From Kudoa neothunni (Eukaryota > Animalia > Cnidaria), in contig OZ199839.1 in the NCBI GenBank assembly GCA_964304625.1, forward strand, positions 965,980 to 1,029,979: a stretch of DNA of 64,000 nt, written 5' to 3'. The notes under the pieces are model-generated. The model was not told where the DNA came from and ran no database searches. It saw only the letters and a list, made by a program, of their open reading frames with translations. Below, one piece after another: positions 1 to 14,014 of this stretch (the first letter of the stretch is position 1; each line of letters starts with the position of its first letter). The position numbers and the translations under genes were made by a program.

Positions 1-408
1 TACAAAACAATACAGGTTATATACCAAAATACTTTCAGAGTGCTCAATGAATTCAGCATAACAAGATACTTTAAAATAAAACATTCATCTGAATGTTTAA
101 AACACTTAGGAATAGATTATAATGAGAAATATAAAGCAATCAAGAAATCTTGTTTTCGCGCTAGTTAATTATAAAAGTACACATGTAAACGATTCAATGA
201 TGAGAGTCAGCTTATGTATGGTTTCTGACACCGAGTAACAACAACGCTCAGATGTGGGAATTGTATCAAACAGTTTGAAGACGCCTGATCTACACCACAT
301 TAATCTAATGAATTGATCTGATCGATCGATATTTATCCCATTTTTAGAATTATTTTGCTGGGTTTATGAATACACTCATATACACGATAGATTATACTAC
401 CGATTACG

Positions 409-1771
409 ATGATTTCATTTATCTTTAGGATAGTAGCTTAATTATTTTATTGTTTTGTGACCAATTGTTTATTTATGGTTAATAATCATTTCATAAGATG
501 TATACTTGTATCGATATGTGTATTTGCGATATTATGCATGATAAAATATACCTTTATCATCAAAAGTAGTTAAATAATCTAAAATAGTCGTTGCTTATCT
601 ATTTTTAGATTTATCGTATTACTGGAAACCCAAAATGATAAACGTTGATTGTTTCAGACAACCTCTATGTATACAAAATTTCGATAAAAACATCATATGG
701 TTATTTAGTTACATCACTATCTATAAATCTAAATGATATATCTGTTGCAGAGGTGGAAAATTTATTTAAAGAAAAATATAAACAGAAATTAAAAAACACC
801 AGAATTTTGGGGAATGCTGAATGCGGAATAGAAAATGTAAAAATGTTTCATCTCATACAAATGCATATAATCCATTAGGTTGCTATTATTGTCCCACACA
901 AAAATAGACCTAAACAAATAGGTGTGTTTTTAAGGCACATGCATCCATTCCTCCAAAAGCAAAATATAAATTATAGGATTTTTCTGGTGAATCAAGTAAA
1001 AAATATACAGATTGATAGTTAACATTTGAGAATATTATTAGACAGATGAATCTCCATTTAACAGAGCTATATTGTTAAACGTGGGATATCTTGAAAGCTT
1101 AAAATTAGGAAAATATGAATGTTTCATATTTTCAGACATTGATTTATTGCCAGAAAATGAGTTCAACCGATATGATTGTTCCCATTCCCCAGAACATTTT
1201 GCTCAAAATATTAAATCAAACGATTATCAGTAATATTTGTGTAGAGAAAATGTAACAACAATGATTATTATAAGACTATTATATGATACTTACTTCGGTG
1301 GTGTGTCAGCACTGTCTCAGAGACACTTTCAAAAAGTGAATGGATTCGCTAATGTTTATTGGAGCTGGGGTGGTGAAGATGATGATCTATATAATCGGTA
1401 TGAAAATATATCTCAATTAATTCATGAATTAATTCATAATATGAATTTAGCCTAATATCAAAAGGATTTAGTTTGTACAGAAAGCATCCATCATTAACAC
1501 GCTACACTGATAATATGGAGCATCATACTAGGCATAGTGGGAAAAATCCAAAAAGGTAACAAAATATTATTATTATTTTTTTATAATTATGCTGCGAAGG
1601 TGGAAAATTTTAGGCGCGATGAAAAATTCTGAAAATAAATCTGGATTGAATAATATTATATACAATATTACGTCAATTAAAGAGCATATGCTATTCACTG
1701 AGATAAATGTAGATTTAGAAGACTCTACAAGGATTATGTTGCTAACTGGGATCCGTTATTTTGATAGTTGA
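409..1771 (+). CDS. Beta-1,4-galactosyltransferase / GalNAc-transferase family (GT7), multi-exon, short introns
   Basis: Spliced translation gives VAIIVPHKNR..FLRHMHPFLQKQNINYRIFLVNQ, FNRAILLNVG, FSDIDLLPE (DxD), YFGGVSAL, NGFANVYWSWGGEDDD and a GLNNI.Y C-terminus. A hydrophobic signal anchor (MISFIFRIVALIILLF) follows the ATG at 409. 5' exon boundaries are tentative. Confidence 0.88.
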
Positions 1772-1904
1772 TTATTATTTTTCCTTCAGTTATTCAACTT
1801 TTTTATTACAAAAAATAACTTTCACATTTATATAAATAACAAGAGTTATTTTGGGGAGCACTTTTTATATTTACCGTATTTATTGTTTACTGGTCTATTC
1901 AAAA

Positions 1905-4646
1905 CTAGCACAAAAGCCCCGCTTCGCGAAAGTTCCCTTGCGCAGACTAATGCTTTTTTGATTTTTAAGTAAATAGCGCTAATGCCTAGCTTTGCCCTGG
2001 TACTGGGTGATGGAAAAATTTTAACTTTTAATTTTATTTTTGAATGGAGAAATTTTACGGAAAAGTTAATCTAATCAACACTTTAAACCCTGTAAATTTT
2101 ATTTTTCTATTTTAATTTACGCATCTTAAAGCTTATCATTATTTTTGCAATGTGATGATTTAGATAAATTTTTCCCAACCTTTTTTCTATCGTTCCCCAC
2201 TTTTTTCTTTAAAATAAGTTCTGCCGCCCCACCTTTTTCAAATGTATTGATTTTTTAATTTAAATTGCTTATAAATTTTAAATCAAGCTTCATGCCACAT
2301 TAAAATTAAAAAATAACAAAAATATATTTCTTTTTCATTAGAATTAAAATATATTCGATCAGATCTAATTTAATTCACAGATGGACTTTAAAAATTAACA
2401 TTTTTACTTTTTCATTCAGTCAAAAATCGCGTTGAGTGAAACTTGTGGTAAACCAACCTGCATCAGGCAACACTTTTCTGTATTCGGCGGGCTTATAAAT
2501 CGAAATTAAATAATTAATATTCACAATTAATCAATATTGTCTTTGGATAAGTCAAAAAAAAGTGGGAATCACGGTAATAAATTTGACAACATTTGAATTA
2601 TAATCATTCCGATTCTATTGAGCAAAAACCGTGTTAAACGTTATTATATTTTTTATATAAATTAATCAATGCCTTTATATTTTTTTAGGATATTAACGTT
2701 CGCTTAAAAATAAACAAGATAAAAAATAGAAGTATTGATTTCAATGTGCGTTATACTATTCGATTATCTCACAATTATCCATGTCACAGCAATGCCCTGG
2801 ATTTTCCACGCCCTAAAAGAGTCGTTCATTAAACGCTGAAAGATTTCCATGCCCCACCAAAATTTTTTCACGTCCCATCGGTGGGGCGTTGCCCCAACGT
2901 TGGGAAACACTGATTTAGAGAAAACGAAATTATGCGCACACTTTCCATTCAAATATAAATAGAGGTAAGGAGAGAAATTAATGAGTAATTTTAAGTTTAT
3001 TTTACAAATTATTGACTAAAACTATGGTGACATTAATTTTATGAGCAATTTAATTAACGATTAAAGTTCCGTTATTTATGTAACAAAATCATTAAGTAAC
3101 TTAAATAGGACTTTCAGTTCTTTTCAAAATTTTGCAATGAAAATTAATCCTTCTAATTATAAAATGTATTATTAGGCTACAAACGATAAATAAAATAAAA
3201 TCGACCTAAGGTGTGTCAGAAACAAAATATTAATTGTTAATCCCCTTTTTCGCAATTTTATAATGATGCCAATGATGTTTTAAAAAGCTGTGAGCAGTAA
3301 CTTACGTATTCACTATTTTAACATAATTTCCCCCATTTTTAAATAAATCCAACCTTGCTTTTTATCAAGAATACTTATTGGTTCAAAAATATACACATTT
3401 AATTAACAAAATACGATTAAATCAAAAATGTAAAGGTGTTTTTGGTTTGAAAAATTACAGTAATTCTAAACATCAACCGGTTTTCTTGATGGAGTGCTGC
3501 ACCCTTTTAAAAATTAACGTATTGTTTGATTTCCCCAAAAAAATTTCGTTGTATTGAACTATTCTTAGATTAATGAAAACTTTGTGAAAATATCGGTTAG
3601 ATCGAATAGACCAATAATTTCTTATTAACTTACATGACACGTGTTGAGATCGAGAGGGGATTGTATTTTGTGCAAAGGTAATCGTGAATATAAATTCTTA
3701 AACTATGTATAGAATGCGGTGTTGCATATTTTTATGCAGCTTTTATATCATAATGAATTAATGCGAGCCTAAAAAACAGTATATTGATTTGAATATTCAC
3801 TTTAAGGTTTGGGGGTAAGGAATAATTAGGTTATTAAGAACTTAAACATATTTAAAAAATTATCTCATCAAATTTAGAAAATTATCGAATTAATGATGCC
3901 AGATATTTTTCAAGAAAGGTTAGGAAAACCAAAAAATAAGTAAAAACTTATCGAAAAGACGAATAGAGTTTTAATCTCAATCGATATTTTTGATAAAAAG
4001 AAATGTTCACATCCCAGGAATTCCAATTGAGCATAATTTTCATTTAAGTTACCACAAAAATTTTTAATATTTAAAAGCTCTACACACATTTCATATCGTT
4101 TTTAGGATACATGTAAAGACTCAAATTATATGTTTTATTTAAAATGATCATAATCTATTTTGCGTAATTATATCCATAAAGTTTTAAAAATGAAAATACA
4201 TCCTAACTAATTTGATTATGCATCAAATTTTAAGGGGATGCAGTATCTATTGTAATATGTGATGTTAATAGTTTTATTTGTCCTAAAAGTACTCCGAACA
4301 GGCATATGTAACATTTTTTAGAACATTCTATACCATAATTAAGAGACTCTTTTATATATATTGTGTAAAAGTTCATTTTATTTGGCTATCAATCAGAAGT
4401 AAACAAATATCAATATTATGCAGGTACTTTTTAATCTGATATTTGTGAAGACAACCAGAAAATTCCTTACTTCGGACAGTTTTTTTTGACTATAATTTAT
4501 ACATCTAAATAAATGATTGATTTTCATTAATTGTTCGATCTATTCAAGGACAAACTTACAGCTATATTTAAAGAAAGCTTCTCCGTGGCTCATGTGTACT
4601 GCTGTAAAACTGACACACATAAAAACTTTATTATGTATATAGAAGA
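1905..4646 (-). mobile_element. Non-autonomous Helitron-like element, copy 1
   Basis: Minus strand ends in a GC-rich segment (..TTCGCGAAGCGGGGCTTTTGTG) followed by CTAG then T, and begins TC-TTCTATATAC after an A. Colinear with 10399-12130. Confidence 0.6.
2166..2912. mobile_element. hAT (Buster/Charlie-type) MITE nested in the Helitron-like repeat
   Basis: Right TIR is the reverse complement of CAGTGTTTCCCAAC; the left end matches it 11/14. 8-bp TSD ATTTAGAT (2158-2165) / ATTTAGAG (2913-2920) with central TA. The empty site is present in the paralogous copy near 10680. Confidence 0.75.
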
Positions 4647-5035
4647 TAATTGTTAAATTTATATTTTAATATTCAGCTAATGTATTAAACAACTTATTTG
4701 GCCTGTTTTATTATTTTTTCGTAATTTTTATCTAGTGATTTTTGCCCTTAAAAGGTAATTACTTTTTCGTGTTAATGAGCCCCATTATCTGACATTAAAA
4801 ATCACATAATATATATAATTTAATTTTTCTATTGCAGCAAAATAATGATAATTTTAAACTTACTAGGCCGTTTTAGAAACAATCAAATTCGCATCCATAT
4901 ATTAATAAGTTTCTAGTATTTCTAATATTATAATGCAAAAAAAACATTTGAAAAAATTATAAATAAGTAATTGCTAAACTAAAAATAATATTAAATTAAA
5001 CTATAACTAAAATTAGGCCAAACCATTTTGGCGTT

Positions 5036-6992
5036 TCATGAAGACCCGGGATCTTTCCACGATCTGTGGTAAACGAAACCTCCAACAATCAAGGCTATTA
5101 TTACCACCACCACAATCACACTAGACAACGCAGTTACATTGGTTTGGCTCTTTCCATTATTCAATTGTATTGTTGGAGTTACAGAGGATTGATTGTAATC
5201 AGAAATTCCCCTCTGATTAGTCTCTTTTATTGGGCCTAAATTATGAAGGTTTGTTTTCTTTTCCTTAGGTATAGTATATTTAGGATTGTTTCCTTCTGGG
5301 GGTGTTAATCCATCCTCAGTATTTGGCTCTTCTCCCGTTACATCTCCGTCGTCGTCTGTGAACAGATCTGGAACAGCTTCTAGTTTTGGAATATCTTTAA
5401 CAACGTTTAGTTCAGGGATTGATTTAGATTTATGTGAGTTGAATTGCTCTTCCAATTTTTTGCCATTGTCTATCAAATGATTATAATATGTATTGACATC
5501 CATATGGTGGTTATGGGCATCAATTAATGTTTTTTCAATTAGATTCTTTTTTTGTTTGAAGAGATCCACATACTCAGTAATACTTTTTGAATCGGCATCG
5601 GCATGCGTTGAATAGCCCCCGGGAGATCTACTGTAAGCTCTCAACTTCATTAAATTGTGATGTGCATATGCAAGAGAGAGTTTGTTTTCTATATCTCCGG
5701 TAATTTCAAGCACCTCGACGGCTAATTTCATATTTTCGATAGAAGTATTTATTTGGTTAAGAATTTCAGTATGCTTTGATTTGATCTCTGTAAAGGGACT
5801 GTCCAATTGTTTAACTACTTGTTTTATATTGTTGGTATTGCTTTTCACATTCGGTCGGTTGTTTAAATGTTTATTCAATAGGGTGATAGTTAGTTTGAGC
5901 ACATTTTGGCTTTCTGATGGAAATTGAACAAGTTGTTGAGACACATTGGAAATTAGTCCTTGAATTGTGCTAGTTTCCCTTTCAACCGTCACATGTAAAC
6001 TATCAACATAGCTAATGTAACTCTTTATTCTATTCATTTCATCATTGAATCTCGATATTTGAACTCCTGTAATTTCATCTTTCCAAGCTTCATACATTCG
6101 GATTTTTTCATTCAACTCTTGGATAGTTTGTTGCATACCGCCGCGAATATTTGTCAGTGCTTTGACTATCTCAACGTATTTCAAATACGTCGACTCAATT
6201 ACGGGATCTGCTTGAGGAACACCTTCCATTTTATCACAGACATTTTGAATATTTTTTATAATTTTAGTTATCTCACCAAAAAGTTCATTGAGTTTGTTTT
6301 TTAATTTAAAACTGCTAACAATATTTCTGTATTCAAGATAGTCAAATTTATGTCCGCCTTCACACAATTTTATCGATGTTTTGATTGATTCTAAATATCT
6401 TTTCAATTCTGTTTTTTTATCACTCAAATTATTTGTAGATGACATAGCATTTCTTATTTCTTCCCTGAAGTTTTGATTATCATTTTTCAAATTGTTCAAA
6501 GCGGTTTTGGAACGAGTAACATTCGAAATTAATTGATCAAGTTGATTATAATAATTGGTTAATACATTTGCGGTAACTGGAATATTTTCAGTGACAAACA
6601 TTGACTTTTTCAAGAATTCAAAGGTTGAGTTCATTTGCATGAAGAAACTCATCTGTTTTGGAAAAACGGTTTTAGGGTCGATCATCTTTTGCTCTGTTGA
6701 TATGCGTAGTTCCCCTATATTGCAAAGTTTTTTTTCCATTTCTTTATAATCGTAATCATTTTCCTTATATTGACTAAAGGGAATATTTTGATTGTTTTCA
6801 CATTTGATTGCGTGAATTGTCGCATAATCTTTGTTATTACTTACTTGGAGGTTTTGATTATTTCGAAAAGAATCATCCAAAAATAGGGGCTTGGTGTACG
6901 CAAAACATCTGACTATTGATTTTAATCGAATAATTACAATGAAATCTATAATTATTACTTGAAAATAACAACACTAGTTGTAATTTAATCAT
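5036..6992 (-). CDS. Type I membrane protein with long coiled-coil ectodomain (~636 aa, 2 exons: 6992-6959, 6912-5036), unknown function
   Basis: Removing a 46-nt GT-AG intron (6913-6958) fuses a signal peptide MIKLQLVLLFSIRCFA in frame to the 614-aa ORF. Heptad-rich helical body, acidic/Pro stalk, C-terminal TM (ALSSVIVVVVIIALIVGGFVY) and short tail. Confidence 0.75.
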
Positions 6993-9900
6993 TTTAGTTT
7001 CGTAAACTTCCGAATAATTATAATTTGAATTGAATCGATTGTTAAAAATAATATAATGAATATAATTACACATTATCAAATTTCATCATAATTAAAATTC
7101 AATTAGAAATTTAGAAATTGTCGTTTGTAGTCATTTTTCGCTAATATAATACAATTCGGTGATAGACACTTCAATACCTGTAGGTATAGAACGAAGTACA
7201 TCCAAACTTAATGGAACCTAGCGTTGTCGCCGAACAACGTGGAATAATCATCCTTGACTATTGATATCACTCAATATGTTTAATCTTATTACATTATTTA
7301 CACATTTTTTCAATTTATTTCGATAAAAAAAGTTTATCTTTGTCTTAATAACTTTATTATACCTTCAATGAGAGATGAATACCTTTATTCCACTGAATGG
7401 ATTCAACAAATCTGAGTACCCTAACTAAACTTTTTGTCATATAAACGATATTATCTATCATATCGAAGCTAATTATATGTGGTTTATTTAAATATAATTA
7501 TTAAAACTACTTTTTCGCAACGTGAAAACAATATTATTTATAGATAAGATAAATAATATAATTCTAATAAATATTCTAATCGACAATAATTTTTGATTTA
7601 ATATAATTTAAACTGAAATATGGAATATCACTTGTTTAGAACCAACACTTTTTTCAGTAAAGTTCAGTTATAAGCATAATCTTATTTAAGGATAAAAATG
7701 TTAAATAGAATTTAAGGTTAGCCAAATAATAAATATTCCTTATCAACAAACCCCATATATATTTCGAACTCGCGGGAACTTCCCAGCCTTGCGTGGGATT
7801 TAGAACAATTTATTATAAAGATCATGTTGTGGTGACTCAAGTCATGATTAAAATAAACATTTATCAGTAAACAAAATTATTTACATATTTAACAATCGGC
7901 ATTTGCCGATAGAGGTCGATAAATATTTTAAACCGTTGGTTTTTTTGCGCACAAAAAAAAGAACTAAAAAATCGCTACACATGTTTAAAAAATGGAAGAA
8001 TATACGAATCCTTTCAATTAACTCTGAGAAGTTTACAAACTTTTTTTAATATCATACTTTAGCGACTGTGATAAACACAGTTAAAATTAAGATCACTTTA
8101 GGGAGATCGTAAAAATAGAAAGAACAATATAATTCGATTATGACCTGCGGCGATTAATTTATACTGCTCAGATTGATATTCCTTTATTCGACATATTTGT
8201 ATACGCTCTTCAATGAAAACTGCTGAGTAGACCCTTAATATCGACAAAAATATTTTGAAAAATTATACAAAATATAATTTTAACGTATACCTTAAATCTA
8301 TTTGGTCAAAGTTAAATTTAAAGGACGATTCAACGAAATTTGATGATCCAGTCCCAATATAAAAGGCTTTAATCTATCAGATTATAATATACGCTACCAA
8401 TTCGTCATCAATTTATCGAATTTACATCTTTCTATGTTATTTAAACCGTCGATAAAATTTTGAAAATTTACTTAGTAAGTCAATTATATTCAGGTCCCAA
8501 TATCAATATAAGGAGTATATTTACACACACAAACAAATGGGTATTACCGTTATTTATATACAGAAATAGAAAAAGTTGTTAAATTAACGGTAGATTGAAG
8601 CATATAAGAAAAAATGTTAATTTTAACCGACTGTAACTCCGAAATCAACACATTTTAATCCTATTTTTGAAATTGTGTCAACCGTTTAACAAACTTGGAA
8701 CCGATAAGATCAATATTTTCAGATTGCTATTGCAATTTTTGATAGTAGAATAACAAATTATAGATTTTCCCCTACATTACAAATTATTTAACGTTTCATA
8801 AGTGTACCTAAATAGTGAAAAAATTGACGCATTTTCGTACTTAGGAAACACACGAACCGACAGTTCTCTTTTATTCCTCCCTAATATATAAAGTCGTAAT
8901 GTCCATGTGTCTTTCATTGTGTGTGTGTTCGCGAATTCATATTCTTATACAGACTTTTTCTACTTAATGATTCTTTTAGTATACTTTAAAAAATACAAAA
9001 TTAACTACAAAAATATATCGGAAAGTTCTGCATGCGTACAAAGTGGGGGGTTGGTAGAGAAAACTTTTTGTAAGCAAATTAGCGCTGGCAATATTATTAC
9101 ATCGCGTGACTTTCAATACATACGGTTTCTCAATTGAACGCGACACTTTTTTTGGTTCTGACCAAAATTCGCACTCAAACATTAAAATCTCTATAAATAA
9201 ATCTTTTTATGATTTTTATTTTAAAAGACATACTCCAGCGGAAAACGTATATACTTCCACTTTATGATTAAATTCATTTCGAGTACTTACAAAAATTTTA
9301 CTTACAGTCTATGATAGGTCCGCTTTAAGTATTCTTATTTAAATTTGATTCCTAGAGATTATATAACATAAAATGAGCCGCTTTTACATTAATATAAAAT
9401 ATAGATAAAAATATCTTTTTAATAAAATACAAAAATAAATGCAAAGCGAAAACATAAAAAAATATAAAAAATTGAATGGGCTTCTTTGTCACCCCCATAA
9501 AATGGGATTAGAAACAGAATGCTCTCATTCTATTAATCACATATGGTGGAAACGAACCAAGTTCATTTGGTTGTAAGGTTGAGTTTTCGAAGAGAAATTA
9601 TTCTAGAATATGACCTATAAAACCATTAAATTTAATGTTTTTTTTTCATTGTTTTAATAGGTACAAAATTTGTTAATAATTTTGTATATTAACAACACTT
9701 ACTTTTAATCTGGGTGCTTGATGGATGATATTATTTAATTTATCCAAAAATTGAATGGAAAAGAGTAATTTCGAAGCTTAAAACATAATTATCGAAGAAA
9801 ACAATATCCGGCATGTAAAGTAGTTTCATTATAAACTATTATCGTAAATTAAATATATACATAAATTTAATAACTAGTCTTGGTTTAAAATTAATATTAT

Positions 9901-10398
9901 GGTGGCTTGAAAAGGGTTTTAACGTTGAAGTATGAATATTGGTCAGATCTAAAAATGTGCCGAGTAAATTGAGAAACCCTATAATACAGAGATAAGCGTA
10001 AATAACCTTGATTTTCCGCTTCTGCTTCAACTATAAATTTGAAATATTACGTTTTTTATTATTCGAACATAGTTAAGACGTTCTGGATCGTTTTAGTTAT
10101 CCTAGGCCGGGGCGGCTGGGTAAACAATCACGTGCTATTCGAATATTTGATTAAGTCAAGTGCAGATATTATTTACTTTGCATGTTTATTTCGAGATAAA
10201 ATGTTCATTATTTTTATAGGAATTTAAAATGAAATTAACACATTTAGGCTACGTACAGAGCTGTAAAAATATTTTTTGATTAGTGGATTTATCGGCGGGT
10301 TAATTAATGTGATTAACTCTTAACCTTCCGAGCGATTCAAAATCAACTATACACTTAGTGCTTTTGGGGGCTATTAGATCCCACTTTTTTATTTAATA

Positions 10399-12130
10399 CT
10401 AGAGCAAAAGCCACGCTTCGCAAAGGCTTCCTTGCCCAACCAAGTAGGCTAACACCTGGCGCATACTAAAGCCTTTTTGATTTTTAAGTAAATAGCGCTA
10501 ATGCCTAGCTTTGCCTGGTACTGTGTGTTGGAAAATTTTAGCTTTTAGTTTTATTTTTTGAATGGAGAAATTTTACGGAAGAGTTAATCTAATCTGCACT
10601 TTAAACCCTGCAAATTTTATTTTTTTATTTTAATTTATGCATTTTAAAGCTTTTCATTATTTTTGCAATGTGATGATTTAGATAAACGAAATTATGCGCG
10701 TGTTTTCCATTTAAATATAAATAGAGGTAAGGAGAGAAATTAATGAGTAATTTTAAGTTTATTTTACAAATTATTGACCAAAACTATGATGATCTTAATA
10801 TTAAGAGAAATGTAATTAGCGATTAAAGTTCAGTTATTTATGTAACAAAATCGTTAAGTAACTTAAGTAGGGCTTTCAGTTGTTTTTAAAATTTTGCGAT
10901 AAAAATTAATCCTTCTAATTATAAAATGTATAATTAGTCTACAAACGATAAATAAAATAAAATCGGCCTAAGGTGTGTCAGAAACAAAAATATTAATTGT
11001 TAATCCCTTTTTCGCAATTTTATAATGATGCCAATGATGTTTTAAAAAGCTGTGAGCGGTAACTTACGTATTCACTATTTTAACATAATTTCCCCATTTT
11101 AAATAAATGCAACCTTGCTTTTTATCAAGAATACTTATTGGTTCAAAAATATACACATTTAATTAACAAAATACGATTAAATTTAAAATTTAAAGGTGTT
11201 TTTGGTTTGAAAAATTACAGTAATGCTAAAATATTTAAATATCAACTGATTTTCTTGAAGGAATGCACCCTTTTAAAAATTTAGGTACTGTTTGATTGCC
11301 CTAAAAAAATTTCTCCGCATTAAACTATTCTTAGATTAACAAAAACTTTGAAAAAATATCGGTTAGATCGAATAGACCAATAATTTCTTATTAACTTACA
11401 TGGCACGCGTTGAGAAGGGACTGTATTTTTATGCAGCTTTTATATCAATGAATTAATCCGAGCCTAAAAGAAACAGTATGTTGATTTGAATATTAACTTT
11501 AAGGTCTGGGGGTAAGGAATAATTAGGTTACTAAGAATTTAAACATTATTTAAAGAATTGTCTCCTCAAATTTAGAAACTTATCGAAAAGACGAATATAA
11601 TTTTAATCTCAATCGATATATTTGATAAAAAGAAATTTTAATTTAAGGAGTTATTAGAAAAATTATAAAATTTGAAAACACTCACACATTTTACATCGTT
11701 TTTAGAATGCGTATAGGGAACCAAATTATTCCAACGTTGCAACAACTCTTGTAATTGTGACGTTAATAGTTTTATTTGTCTTAAAATTACTCCAAACAGG
11801 CATATATAACATTTTTGAAAATTCTATACCATAATCAGTAGATTATCTCGTAAATAATATAATAAGTAAAAATTCATTCTAATTGAGTATCACTCTGAAG
11901 TAAACAAACATCAATATTAAGCAGGTATCTTTAATCTGCTAATTGAGGTAGAAAACCGGAAAATTCCATACTTCTGATAATGATATTGATGATTTAAACA
12001 ATTATAAGTTAATTAACCATTTTCATAATAGTATCATCCTTCCAAATGTATATTTAAGCGGTATTTAAAAAAAGTTGTTCCATGGCACATGCGTACTGCC
12101 GCAAACACACACAGTAACATATATAAGAGT
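10399..12130 (-). mobile_element. Non-autonomous Helitron-like element, copy 2
   Basis: Colinear, highly similar repeat of 1905-4646 with the same CTAG terminus; lacks the hAT insert and has internal indels. Right boundary approximate. Confidence 0.6.
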
Positions 12131-12139
12131 TTATATACA

Positions 12140-12170
12140 CTAGCGCGAACTGCCCAGCGTTACTTGGGAA
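12140..12170 (-). mobile_element. Helitron-type 3' terminus (hairpin + CTAG)
   Basis: Minus strand TTCCCAAGTAACGCTGGGCAGTTCGCGCTAG forms a hairpin about 10 nt before CTAG. Similar degenerate ends occur near 7770 and 21386. Confidence 0.4.
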
Positions 12171-13394
12171 GATTTCGCATAGATACGTTTCTTAATAATA
12201 TTCAAAAAATATAATTAAGTTACAAATTAACCTTTAGATGTAAAATAACTAAAAATTTTTAAGTTGCATACTTTCAACGATTTGGATTTGCGAAATTTAA
12301 ATTATGATCATTTCTGTCAAGGAAAGCAAAAATTCACAGCGTTTACATAAAAATTTCGTGGTTCGGCACCAACGCCAAATAATTTAAGGTCAGAGTCGTA
12401 TTTTTTTCATTCCATAATTATTTAATCTCGTTAAAGTGTTATCTAAAACGCTATTTTTTGGTCCGGCGGATTTTTAAAAGTCGAATTCTGGCCCGGCTCG
12501 GAAACTGCGTGCATCGCTAAGTTTTTAAAAGATAAAAAAATAGAAAAAGTAATGGAGATAGGAGAAAATGTATGAAAATTAACTGATATTGCTAAAATTA
12601 GCATCGCTTGGTTCGGAATAAACAATAGTGCACTTTTCCCAAACAAACAACTAAAAATTGCTTCAATATCAATAGAAATAATTTATATAATTAGATGAAG
12701 TAAGAGTACAACCATCTGCATTGAATTTAATCACTGAAAGTTGAACATAGCGGATAATTTCAATGAAATCCACGGACACAGCTCTTGCATTATATAGCTC
12801 CGATCAATATGATTTTAACATTATCAACCAATTCGTTATTCATGTAACATATATAGATTTTTTATCATATCTAAAACTACTAATAAAACTTTCAAAATAT
12901 ATTTATCAAGTCAAATACGTTAAACCTCCACAAATAATAAATGAATTTGCGCAAACACCCATATCTAAATGCCAACGTTATATAAAAAGTCAGATAAAAT
13001 AGAATAATTTAAATTCGATAAAGTATATAAGGAGGAAAGTAAATTCCAACCGACCATTAACATGACATAAACAGATGTTAATTCTATTATTGAACTCAAG
13101 TAATCCGGTAAACAAACTTTGAATTGACAAAACCACCATTTTCCAAACATTTATAGGAACAGTTGAAAATGTGAAAATTAATTAAAGATTTTTTGAAACA
13201 TTGTGATTTGTAAAAAAATTCATATATGTCTCTCTATAAGGAAAACATTTTGGCTGCTGTGGAGCATGTGGCTCCCCTATTTTTAGTGTTTTATACGACT
13301 TTGTTCGCCGGAAACAGTCCCAAAAAATATTATATGCTCTTATCATTCGGAGCAAATCAAAATTCTTCTCAAAATTATAAAAATAAATTTAATT

Positions 13395-13649
13395 ATGGAA
13401 CTAATTCAGAAAAGAAATAATATTCTTCTATTTTTTCCACCATATTCGCAATTTTTTAATCCTATCAATAAGTTTACCCATCAATTAACAACGATTGAAA
13501 CGAATAAATCTCAAAAAAATTATGAACTACTAAACACCATTACGGAGAGTCTCGTAGAAGTTACCTTACAAAACTATCTTAATTATTCAAACCAAGCTGA
13601 ATCTTACTTTCAAAGATGTTTAATGTTGGAAAAAACAATAAATAATTAG
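13395..13649 (+). pseudogene. Tc1/IS630-like (DDE_3) transposase C-terminal remnant
   Basis: LLFFPPYSQFFNPINKF resembles the LPPYSP.LNPIE motif; ends with YFQRCL. Confidence 0.6.
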
Positions 13650-14014
13650 ACTAATTCATTTCTAAGGATGTCGGATTTTGATTTTTCTTAGTCGCATATA
13701 GATCTTGAAAAATTGTATATCCATTTTTTATTATAATGTATATTTCTTCTTGTATATTAATAAAAAAATGTTTGTGTGATGGCGAAATGTTAGGGTTGGG
13801 GCATTAGAAACGATATATGATACTCGAAAAGATGATTAATGTCCATTCATATAGAATTATATCACATATGAATGGTATTTATCTTTTCGGAAGATGGGAG
13901 TTGGTAATTTTTTCGATTGAATGGGGCTAACGAATAATAAGCTAAATAAATTCCATCATTCATTTTGATAGATATTTAAAAAATCCAGTTTTTCGTTAAT
14001 TTACCACCAGTAAG

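Noticed and set aside
7100-10300. Short ORFs at 8907-10227 as genes
   Set aside because: No motifs or consistent splice pattern; probably intergenic or decayed repeat DNA.
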